This document shows, piece after piece, positions 56,803-64,000 of a stretch of DNA of 64,000 nucleotides. Positions within the stretch are counted from its first letter, which is position 1. Every line of letters begins with the position of its first letter. This DNA is from Acetobacteraceae bacterium (lineage in GTDB: Bacteria; Pseudomonadota; Alphaproteobacteria; Acetobacterales; Acetobacteraceae), in assembly GCA_031546815.1 (NCBI GenBank), contig JAVBJV010000006.1:40328-104327 (forward strand), read 5' to 3'. The notes below the pieces were generated by a model. That model saw only the letters and a program-made list of their open reading frames with translations, was not told the DNA's origin and ran no database searches. Made by a program: the position numbers and the translations under genes.

Positions 56803-57711
56803 TTACCCGGAATGAATAGCCAGATATCCCGGAACCACCGCCCGCACCGACTGCGGCGCAGCGACCCCCAGTGCATCCAGACCAGGACACTGACCCGTTA
56901 CCACGTTGTCGTGCTCCAGCATTTTCACCTGATCGCGAGTCAGCAGCGCCCCGGGCAACCGCTCGAGGATCGCCGCCTGCACCCGCGCCACACCGAACGG
57001 AATCGGCAGCAGGCAGCGCTGCCGCCCCGTCGCCGCCAGCACGAAGCGCAGCAGATCGGCGAAGCTCCAGACCTGCGGACCGCCGAGTTCGTAGATCTGC
57101 CCCGCAGCCTCGGGCCGGGTCAGCGCGGCCAGCACCGCCTCGGCCACGTCGCCCACATAGACCGGCTGAAACCGCGTCTTCCCGCCGCCGATCAGCGGCA
57201 GGAACGGAGAAAACCGCGCCATCCGGGCAAACATGTTGAAGAAATTGTCCTCGGCCCCGAACACGATCGAGGGGCGCAGCACCGTCGCCATGGGAAACGC
57301 CGCCCGCACCGCTGCCTCGCCCGCGCCCTTGCTGGCGGCATACAAACTGTCACTGGCCGGATCCGCCCCGATGGCCGAGATCTGCACCAGCCGCTGCACA
57401 CCGGCCTCGGCACAAGCCTGCGCTATGTCGCGCGCGGCCTGGTGATGAAGAGTATCGAATTGCCCGGCGCGTTTTTCGGCCAGAATGCCGACCAGATTGA
57501 CCACCCAGTCCGCCCCGGAAACAGCTGCGCGCACCTGCGCCGGATCGGTGATCCCGCCCGCATAGGCCACCACGTCGCCGGCCGGGGTCAGCGCATTCAC
57601 CACCGCAGGAAAACGCGCCACCACACGCACCCGATGCCCCGCCGTTGCCAGACGCCGCACAACATGCCGCCCGATGAAGCCCGTGCCGCCGAAAATCGTC
57701 ACCGTTGCCAT
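56803..57711 (-). CDS. Complex I NDUFA9-like NAD(P)H-binding (atypical SDR) protein
   Basis: The ATG at 57711 gives MATVTIFGGTGFIGRHVVRRL.... 302 aa. The rest of track ORF 56803..58650 crosses the tRNA and runs antisense to rnd, and is rejected. Confidence 0.85.
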   Translation of the reverse strand: MATVTIFGGTGFIGRHVVRRLATAGHRVRVVARFPAVVNALTPAGDVVAYAGGITDPAQVRAAVSGADWVVNLVGILAEKRAGQFDTLHHQAARDIAQACAEAGVQRLVQISAIGADPASDSLYAASKGAGEAAVRAAFPMATVLRPSIVFGAEDNFFNMFARMARFSPFLPLIGGGKTRFQPVYVGDVAEAVLAALTRPEAAGQIYELGGPQVWSFADLLRFVLAATGRQRCLLPIPFGVARVQAAILERLPGALLTRDQVKMLEHDNVVTGQCPGLDALGVAAPQSVRAVVPGYLAIHSG

Positions 57712-57847
57712 GCCTGCTCCCCATTTGCCGGAATTTTCCGGATAAAATGCATTTTCTTTATCAAACTTGTCGATGACGCGTTGACGCCGACGAAAAGGGC
57801 AGCTACATCCCGCGCCTCGTTGGACCGGTTCGCTGGTCCAGATGGAT

Positions 57848-57934
57848 GCCCAGATGGCGGAATTGGTAGACGCGCAGGTTTCAGGTACCTGTGGCCGCAA
57901 GGTCGTGGAAGTTCGAGTCTTCTTCTGGGCACCA
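57848..57934 (+). tRNA. tRNA-Leu (anticodon CAG), class II with long variable arm, CCA encoded
   Basis: Folded by hand. Acceptor GCCCAGA/TCTGGGC. D-arm GCG-GAATTGGTAGA-CGC. Anticodon stem CAGGT/ACCTG with loop TT-CAG-GT. Variable arm TGGCCGCAAGGTCGT. T-arm GGAAG-TTCGAGT-CTTCT. 3' end ACCA. Its architecture is nearly identical to E. coli tRNA-Leu(CAG). Confidence 0.95.
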
Positions 57935-57942
57935 TACATATC

Positions 57943-58602
57943 ATGAAGAACGGCAGCATCATATTCATGCCGACCGGCACAATACATCTCCACAAACATG
58001 ATCTGCCCGACGGCCTGAGCCTCGGCCCGGTTGTCGCAGTCGACACCGAGACCATGGGCCTCAAGCCGCAGCGCGACCGTCTGTGTCTGGTGCAGTTGTC
58101 GTCGGGCGATGGCAATGCGCATCTGGTGCAGATTATCCCCGAACGTCTGGGTGGGCGCGGTTATAACGCCCCCAATCTGGCGCGGATGATGGCGGACCCG
58201 GCGGTCACCAAGCTGATGCATTTCGGCCGCTTCGATGTCGGCATGCTGCAGCAGGCGCTGGACATTACTGTCGCACCGGTGCGCTGCACGAAGATCGCCG
58301 CCAAGCTGGTCCGCACCTTCACCGACCGCCACGGCCTGCGCGACCTGTGCCGCGAGCTGCTGGGGGTCGAGATTTCCAAACAGCAGCAGACCTCGGACTG
58401 GGGCGCGGCTGAACTCACGCCGGAACAGCTGGCCTATGCCGCGTCGGACGTGCTGCATCTGCATGCGCTGTGGGCGAAGCTGGAAGCCCTGCTGATCCGC
58501 GAAGGACGGCTGGAGCTGGCGCTGGCCTGCTGCGACTTCCTGCCGCATCGGGCACGGCTGGATATTCTGGGTTACGAAGATCCGGATATCTTCACGCACT
58601 GA
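57943..58602 (+). CDS. rnd: Ribonuclease D-family 3'-5' exonuclease (short form)
   Basis: DEDD motifs: VAVDTETMGL, …HFGRFDV…, …YAASDVLHLH…. The ATG at 57943 is only 8 nt after the tRNA CCA; an alternative ATG lies at 57967. Confidence 0.8.
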   Translation: MKNGSIIFMPTGTIHLHKHDLPDGLSLGPVVAVDTETMGLKPQRDRLCLVQLSSGDGNAHLVQIIPERLGGRGYNAPNLARMMADPAVTKLMHFGRFDVGMLQQALDITVAPVRCTKIAAKLVRTFTDRHGLRDLCRELLGVEISKQQQTSDWGAAELTPEQLAYAASDVLHLHALWAKLEALLIREGRLELALACCDFLPHRARLDILGYEDPDIFTH

Positions 58603-58793
58603 GCCAAAAGGGCTGGCAGGGGCATGCTTGGGCTGGCATCTTTTGTACATGCCACGAAATATTCTATCTCGCCTAGACTATGTCTCATAAACGGCCAATT
58701 GACACCACCCAATACTACCGTCGCTCAATACTGGCTGGGCAATTTCAATGGTATTATGGTAAACACTCCGCATCAGGACGGAAGGTGGTAGCC

Positions 58794-59585
58794 ATGCGGT
58801 TCATAAAAAAATTGCTGAAAGCTGTTGGCATTTTCTTTGGTGGAATGTTTCTTATAACGATAATCTTGGGCTTGAGCGGCGCATTAGATAAGCCGGCCAA
58901 CCAAGCACAACAGCAGAACCAAATCGTTGCAGTTACATCTCATCCGACCACTACACCTCAAGTTACACCGACTCCAACTACTGCCGCACAACAACAGGTA
59001 GCTCCCCCCAGGGGGCCTGCCCCACCAGTACAACAGCCAACCGCAACGCAACCATCGCGAGCGCAGGCAGACCAACCCACCACTTCGTCACCGCAACGTC
59101 CGGCTGTGTCGGCCCCGGCAACCATTCCCCCACCAGCACAACCATCGCGCGTACCGGCGGATCAGCCTACCGCCGCACCGGCACGCTCCAACCACCCGGC
59201 CACACGTGCTGCACAGGAGGAAGCCGAGACATATATTAACTTGCTGTGCATTAACGAGGATGCCCGTATGTGCCCGCACTACCAGAATGAATTTCGCCGC
59301 GCTTACCAACTGGCGCGTGCGGGGGATTACCAAGGACAGCGAAATGTCGCTTATATGCTCAATACCGGGGGCAACGGTGCGGTGCGGCAAAATCGTATGC
59401 AGGGCTGCGCTTGGCGCGTAATTATTCTGTCATCGGGCCACGCCAGTGCCGACGCTGGGGATACAGCCAACTTCCAAACCGACTGTGGACGCCTAACCGA
59501 CCCGGAACGAGCGGCAGCCACAGCACGAGCGCAGGTCATCGCCCGCGACATTGGAGCCCGTCCAGCCCGCCGTCCAAACAACTGA
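58794..59585 (+). CDS. Membrane-anchored protein with Pro/Gln/Thr-rich repetitive linker and Sel1-like Cys-containing C-terminal domain
   Basis: The ATG at 58794 is preceded by GGAAGGTGG. TM segment AVGIFFGGMFLITIILGL. Linker repeats QPSR(A/V)(Q/P)ADQPT(T/A). The C-terminal …AGDYQGQRNVAYML.TG.G.AV.QN…GCAW… resembles a Sel1 repeat. Confidence 0.6.
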   Translation: MRFIKKLLKAVGIFFGGMFLITIILGLSGALDKPANQAQQQNQIVAVTSHPTTTPQVTPTPTTAAQQQVAPPRGPAPPVQQPTATQPSRAQADQPTTSSPQRPAVSAPATIPPPAQPSRVPADQPTAAPARSNHPATRAAQEEAETYINLLCINEDARMCPHYQNEFRRAYQLARAGDYQGQRNVAYMLNTGGNGAVRQNRMQGCAWRVIILSSGHASADAGDTANFQTDCGRLTDPERAAATARAQVIARDIGARPARRPNN

Positions 59586-59595
59586 CCGTATGGCT

Positions 59596-59624
59596 AGCGC
59601 GACTTGGGGGCCGCAAGTTGCGCT
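59596..59624 (+). terminator. Candidate terminator hairpin after the Pro-rich protein gene
   Basis: AGCGCGACTT-gggggccgc-AAGTTGCGCT (10 bp with one G-T pair) followed by CTATCTATT. Confidence 0.4.
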
Positions 59625-59807
59625 CTATCTATTGAAAGGCACTAAAAAGGTTGCTTATCAACCACTTTACGCTCCAACGCACTGCGGCAGCAAAAATTCC
59701 CCCTCCACTGGGAAGTGCATGTTCTCGCCAGAATTCTCTGCCATGCTATCATGGTTGAAGAGACCAGCCCGTTGACCCGCCCGGGCCGCTACCCACATAG
59801 AGAGACC

Positions 59808-60797
59808 ATGACGTACACATCCTCCCGCACGCAGACACAGACCATCGACCCGATCGCCACCGCCCGTCAGGTGCTGGCAACCGAGGCCGATGCCCTGCAC
59901 GCACTGGCCGCGACGCTGGATGGAAAATTCTCGGCGGCGCTGGACATTCTGGCCGCCGCGACCGGTCGTCTGGTCGTCACCGGCATGGGCAAGTCCGGGC
60001 ATGTCGGGCGCAAGATCGCCGCCACCATGGCCTCCACCGGCACCCCCAGCCAGTTCGTCCATCCGGGCGAGGCATCGCATGGCGATCTGGGAATGATCGT
60101 CGCGGGGGATGCCGTGCTCGCACTGTCCAATTCGGGCGAGACATCGGAACTCGCCGACCTTATCGCCCACACGCGCCGCTTTCATATCGGGCTGGTCGCC
60201 ATCACCGCGCGGGCGGAAAGCGCGCTGGCACGCGCTGCCGATGTGGCGCTGGTGCTGCCGAAAGCGCCCGAAGCCTGCCCGATGGGTCTGGCCCCCACCA
60301 CCAGCACCACGATGCAGCTTGCCCTGGGCGATGCGCTGTCCGTCGCGCTGCTGGAACGCCGCGGCTTTACCCCGGCCGATTTCCGCGTGTTCCATCCGGG
60401 CGGACGACTGGGCGCGCAGCTCACCCATGTGGCCGACCTGATGCATCGCGACAATCTGCCGATCAGCGCCGAAACCGCCCCCGTGGCCGATGCCATTGCC
60501 GCCATGTCGAACGGCCGGTTCGGCTGCGTCGGGCTGGTCGATGGTGCGGGCAGGCTCAGCGGTATCATCACCGATGGCGATCTGCGCCGCGCCATGGGCA
60601 ACCCCGATCTGGTCCGCCTGCCCGCCGCCGATGTAATGACGCGTGCGCCGCGCACCATCGGCGTCGACACGCTGGCCGCTGAAGCGCTGCACATGATCAA
60701 CACCCATTCGATCACCGCGCTGTTCGTGCTGGACGATGCCGGCAAGCCGATCGGCCTGCTGCATGTGCACGACCTGCTGCGGGCGGGGGTCGCATGA
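59808..60797 (+). CDS. kdsD: KpsF/GutQ-family arabinose-5-phosphate isomerase (SIS + CBS pair)
   Basis: ATG at 59808. SIS motif VVTGMGKSGHVGRKIAATMASTGTPS.FVHP.EA.HGDLG and C-terminal CBS domains. Confidence 0.9.
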   Translation: MTYTSSRTQTQTIDPIATARQVLATEADALHALAATLDGKFSAALDILAAATGRLVVTGMGKSGHVGRKIAATMASTGTPSQFVHPGEASHGDLGMIVAGDAVLALSNSGETSELADLIAHTRRFHIGLVAITARAESALARAADVALVLPKAPEACPMGLAPTTSTTMQLALGDALSVALLERRGFTPADFRVFHPGGRLGAQLTHVADLMHRDNLPISAETAPVADAIAAMSNGRFGCVGLVDGAGRLSGIITDGDLRRAMGNPDLVRLPAADVMTRAPRTIGVDTLAAEALHMINTHSITALFVLDDAGKPIGLLHVHDLLRAGVA

Positions 60798-61462
60798 ACG
60801 CAACCCAGCGCCCCAGCGCCACACCCGAACGCCAGTTCTCGGTCCCCAGCAATCTGCGTCGCACGATCGATGCGGCTTCCATTGCGCGCCGGCATTTCTT
60901 TATCCGCCTGACCAAATGGCTGCTGCCCATCGCCGCCGTCGGGCTGCTGCTGCTGATGGCCATCTGGCCAGAATTGCAGCGCGTCGAGGACAGCGGCCGT
61001 CTGGCCATCCAGCGCTCGACCGATGGCGAACCCAATGCGGCGCGCATCGTCGAGGCACGCTACCGCAGTGTCGATAATCGCAACCGCCCCTATATGGTCA
61101 CCGCAGATTCGGCCGAGCAGGTCGACCAGGACAGCGTGCGCCTGCACAACCCGATAGCCGACGTCACCACCGAAAGCGGGTCCTGGATGCAGGCGGAATC
61201 GGCCAGCGGGCTGTACCACAAGCAACAGGAATTGCTCGCCCTCAGCGACAATGTCACCATGTGGCACGACAATGGAGCGGTCCTGCGCACACGCGCAATG
61301 ACCCTCAACATCAAGGACGGCAGCGCCAGCAGCTCCACCCCCGTCTCGATCCAGGGCCCGTTCGGCACGCTCGACGCGCAAGGCTTCACATTGACGGGGC
61401 GCGGCGCCGTCGTCCATTTCACCGGCCAGAGCCATCTGGTGCTGAACGAGAACACCCCGTGA
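60794..61462 (+). CDS. lptC: LPS export system protein LptC
   Basis: ATGA overlap with the kdsD stop. N-terminal TM (LLPIAAVGLLLLMAIWP) and an OstA-like beta-jellyroll region. Position is between kdsD and lptA. Confidence 0.8.
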   Translation: MNATQRPSATPERQFSVPSNLRRTIDAASIARRHFFIRLTKWLLPIAAVGLLLLMAIWPELQRVEDSGRLAIQRSTDGEPNAARIVEARYRSVDNRNRPYMVTADSAEQVDQDSVRLHNPIADVTTESGSWMQAESASGLYHKQQELLALSDNVTMWHDNGAVLRTRAMTLNIKDGSASSSTPVSIQGPFGTLDAQGFTLTGRGAVVHFTGQSHLVLNENTP

Positions 61463-62364
61463 CACATCGTCTGATCAAATTCTCCCTGTGTATCCTCCTT
61501 GGGCTTGCGACAGCAGCACAGGCGCAAGGGATCGACATGACGCGCGGCGGGTCGATCGACATCACCGCCGATAACGGCATTGAATGGCACCGCGACGAAC
61601 AGGTGGTGATCGCGCAGGGCAATGCCCGCGCAGTGCGCGCCGGAGTCACCGTCACGGCCGACCGGCTGATCGCGCGCTATCGCCCGCGTCAGGGTGCCGC
61701 CCCGCAGGCCGACAGCAGCAACAGCGGGCTGGGCGGCGCGAACGAGATCTATCGTCTGGAAGCACAAGGCAACGTGGTGATCTCGACCGAGACCGACCGT
61801 GCCACCGGCACGCAGGCGACCTACGACATGGACCAGGCTGTGCTGGTGATGACCGGCAGCAACCTGACCCTGACCAGCAAGCAAAACACGCTGACCGCGC
61901 GCGATAGTCTGGAATACTGGTCGGCCCGCCGCATGGCAGTGGCACGTGGCGACGCCGTGGCACGCGACACGCAAGAAAACCGCGTGATCCGCGCCGATGT
62001 GCTGGTCGGCTATTTCAAACCCGACACGGCAACGCCTGCTCCCGCAGCGCGCACACCGGCGACGGGTGGCCGTCCGGGCGAGAACACCAAGCTCGACCGC
62101 GTGGAAGCGTTCGGCAACGTCGAAGTGCGCACCGCAACCGAAGGTCTGCGCGGCGATCGTGGCGTGTATTCGCCCGATCAGGCCATCGCGCGCGTTGCGG
62201 GCAATGTGCGCATCACACGCGGGCAGGACCAGCTGAACGGTGCTCTGGCCGAAACCAATCTGAACACCGGCGTGTCGCGTCTGCTCTCTGCGCCGGGCAG
62301 CCGGGTGCAGGGCGTGATCATCCGCGAAGAGAACGAGACAACCCCAAGGCCTGGAACACGTTGA
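61459..62364 (+). CDS. lptA: LPS transport periplasmic protein LptA (OstA-like)
   Basis: The GTG at 61459 overlaps the lptC stop (GTGA). Signal peptide …LCILLGLATAAQA/QG and OstA_N-like repeats (…ADRL…G.A.Y……A.GNV…). The upstream part of the track ORF is rejected. Confidence 0.75.
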   Translation: MTHRLIKFSLCILLGLATAAQAQGIDMTRGGSIDITADNGIEWHRDEQVVIAQGNARAVRAGVTVTADRLIARYRPRQGAAPQADSSNSGLGGANEIYRLEAQGNVVISTETDRATGTQATYDMDQAVLVMTGSNLTLTSKQNTLTARDSLEYWSARRMAVARGDAVARDTQENRVIRADVLVGYFKPDTATPAPAARTPATGGRPGENTKLDRVEAFGNVEVRTATEGLRGDRGVYSPDQAIARVAGNVRITRGQDQLNGALAETNLNTGVSRLLSAPGSRVQGVIIREENETTPRPGTR

Positions 62365-62366
62365 GC

Positions 62367-63134
62367 ATGTCGCGCCCGCAGGATCTCGCCCCTCTGAACA
62401 CCCTCGTGGACAGCACAGGTCTGGTTGCCACCGGGTTGAGCAAGTCGTTCAAGAAACGCACCGTGGTGCGGCAGGCATCGCTGTCGGTCAAACGCGGTGA
62501 AGCCGTGGGGCTGCTGGGACCAAACGGCGCCGGCAAGACCACCACCTTCTACATGATCATCGGCCTGATCCCGCAGGACACCGGCACCATCATCGTCGAC
62601 GGCGCCGATATCAGCGCGTTGCCGATGTACCGCCGCGCGCGTCTGGGGCTTGGGTATCTGCCGCAGGAAGCATCGATCTTTCGCGGGCTGAATGTGGAAC
62701 AGAACATCCTCGCCGCGCTGGAAGTGGTGGAAGGCGATCGCGATCGGCGGCAGGTGATGCTGGATGAGTTGCTGAATGAATTCGGCATCACGCATCTGCG
62801 CCGCACACCATCACTCGCGCTGTCGGGTGGCGAGCGGCGGCGTGTGGAAATTGCGCGCACGCTGGCCACGCATCCGTCCTATGTGCTGCTCGACGAGCCG
62901 CTGGCCGGGATCGACCCTATTGCCGTGGGCGAAATCCGCGATCTGGTGAAGCACCTGAAGAACCGTGGCATCGGCGTGCTGATCACCGATCACAATGTGC
63001 GCGAAACGCTGGAAATCATCGACCGGGCCTACATCCTGTATGACGGGCAGGTGCTGATGGAGGGAACACCCGACGAAATCGTCACGCATGAAGGCGTGCG
63101 GCGTGTGTATCTGGGCGAGAAATTCTCGCTTTAA
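62367..63134 (+). CDS. lptB: LPS export ABC transporter ATP-binding protein LptB
   Basis: GPNGAGKTTTFYMIIG, LSGGERRRVEIAR, VLLDEPLAGIDP. ATG at 62367; the track start at 62361 is TTG. Confidence 0.95.
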   Translation: MSRPQDLAPLNTLVDSTGLVATGLSKSFKKRTVVRQASLSVKRGEAVGLLGPNGAGKTTTFYMIIGLIPQDTGTIIVDGADISALPMYRRARLGLGYLPQEASIFRGLNVEQNILAALEVVEGDRDRRQVMLDELLNEFGITHLRRTPSLALSGGERRRVEIARTLATHPSYVLLDEPLAGIDPIAVGEIRDLVKHLKNRGIGVLITDHNVRETLEIIDRAYILYDGQVLMEGTPDEIVTHEGVRRVYLGEKFSL

Positions 63135-63257
63135 GGGGTCTTAGGCACAAATCGTGCCAACTCGGCATGATTTGTTAACCCCGCCTCTGTAATTCTGCTG
63201 CATGCCCGGCGCTGTCGGGCTATTCTGGCTCTCAGCAGAAGGCAGTGGACCCGGCTC

Positions 63258-64000
63258 ATGGCGCTCGGACACAGGTTGGATCTTCGCCAGACCCAGGGTC
63301 TGGTCATGACGCCCCAGCTGCGGCAGGCAATCAAGCTGCTGCAATGTACGAACGCGGAAATCTCCACGCTGATCGACGCTGAACTGGAACGCAATCCGTT
63401 CCTGGAACACGGCGTCGTCGCGATCGATGCGCCCGAACGCCCCGCCCCGGATCAGCGTGCGCAGGATGCCCCCACCGACTTCATCAGCGCGACCGGCAGC
63501 GGACAGATCGTGGCCGATGCACCGCCCGCCAGCGATGCGGGCGATAACAGTTTCGACTATGGCACCAGCGCCGATGGGTATGGGCGCGGCGGCAGTTTCG
63601 ACGATGACGGCGACGGGTTCGATCAGCTGGCGGCCTCTGCCCCCAGTCTGCGCGAGCATATCGAACAGCAGATCCGTCTGGGGTTTCAGGACGGCACCAG
63701 CCGTCGCATCGCGATGCAGTTGCTCGCGCATCTGGACCCGGCAGGACGGCTGGTGGCCGACCTCGATCTGCTGACCACCGGTCTGCATGTATCGCGCGCG
63801 CAGGTCGATGCGGTGCTGGCCACCATGCAGCGCTTCGAGCCTGCAGGCCTGTTCGCGCGCGATCTGCGTGAATGTCTGGCGTTGCAGCTGGAAGATATCG
63901 GGCGGATGGATCCGTATATGGACCGGCTGCTCGACAATCTGCCTCTGCTGGCACGGCGCGACATGGCGGCACTGCGCACGGCCTGCGATGTGGATGCGGA
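63258..64000 (+). CDS. rpoN: RNA polymerase sigma-54 factor, N-terminal part (continues beyond the window)
   Basis: My translation from the ATG at 63258 is MALGHRLDLRQTQGLVMTPQLRQAIKLLQCTNAEISTLIDAELERNPFLE... (region I), then an acidic linker and region II/III (…LREHIEQQI…RDLRECLALQL…). It is not in the ORF track because there is no stop in the window. Confidence 0.9.
   Translation, partial: MALGHRLDLRQTQGLVMTPQLRQAIKLLQCTNAEISTLIDAELERNPFLEHGVVAIDAPERPAPDQRAQDAPTDFISATGSGQIVADAPPASDAGDNSFDYGTSADGYGRGGSFDDDGDGFDQLAASAPSLREHIEQQIRLGFQDGTSRRIAMQLLAHLDPAGRLVADLDLLTTGLHVSRAQVDAVLATMQRFEPAGLFARDLRECLALQLEDIGRMDPYMDRLLDNLPLLARRDMAALRTACDVDA

Noticed and set aside
56803-58650. A 615-aa minus-strand ORF taken as a single gene.
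   Set aside because: Only the C-terminal 302 aa (from the ATG at 57711) matches the NDUFA9-like family. The upstream part crosses the tRNA-Leu gene and runs antisense to the RNase D gene.
57848-59800. A genomic island integrated at tRNA-Leu, prompted by the lower-GC patch and the odd Pro-rich gene downstream.
   Set aside because: There is no integrase, excisionase or transposase, and I found no direct repeat of the tRNA 3' end downstream. The conserved rnd gene sits between the tRNA and the atypical gene.
1-64000. CRISPR arrays, IS elements, rRNA genes and prophage modules.
   Set aside because: I noticed no regularly spaced direct repeats, transposase or integrase-like ORFs, or rRNA-like sequence. 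The only repeats seen are short palindromes or hairpins and the 90-nt-spaced coding repeat at 59049/59139.

Overview
This window is 64 kb of high-GC chromosomal DNA. Gene content and synteny look alphaproteobacterial, probably Acetobacteraceae-like: NDUFA12-mlaD, Tim44-like/secB, aroE-coaE-dnaQ, hslVU, clpSA, gltDB and kpsF-lptC-lptA-lptB-rpoN. That assignment is inference; no database search was possible. Coding density is high and most genes are housekeeping. I found one RNA gene, tRNA-Leu(CAG) at 57848-57934. I recognised no rRNA, CRISPR array, transposase, integrase or prophage gene. Recognisable operons are ugpBAEC, lutA-(small ORF)-lutB-lutC-phosphatase, clpS-clpA, hslVU, gltD-gltB and the LPS-export/rpoN cluster. 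Many long ORFs in the supplied track are antisense or out-of-frame artefacts typical of high-GC DNA. Several real genes needed shorter 5' ends than the track suggests. The track also renders GTG and TTG starts as M.

The observations most worth a second look are:
- An uncharacterised three-gene wedge between apt and clpA: a small Cys-rich protein plus two convergent paralogous membrane proteins with overlapping stop codons.
- An orphan acidic protein with RTX/T1SS-like features behind the most AT-rich promoter region in the window.
- Tandem PTA_PTB paralogs in which the upstream copy has lost conserved motifs.
- A ribonucleotide-reductase-derived TSCPD protein with an NrdR-box-like palindrome upstream.
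- A 78-aa hydrophobic ORF translationally coupled inside the lut operon.
- A 94-nt rod-like hairpin between mltA and lutA.
- A perfect 16-bp palindrome upstream of gltDB.
- A tRNA-Leu that abuts an RNase D-family gene.

All functional calls rest on motif and family recognition from the translated ORFs, not on searches.
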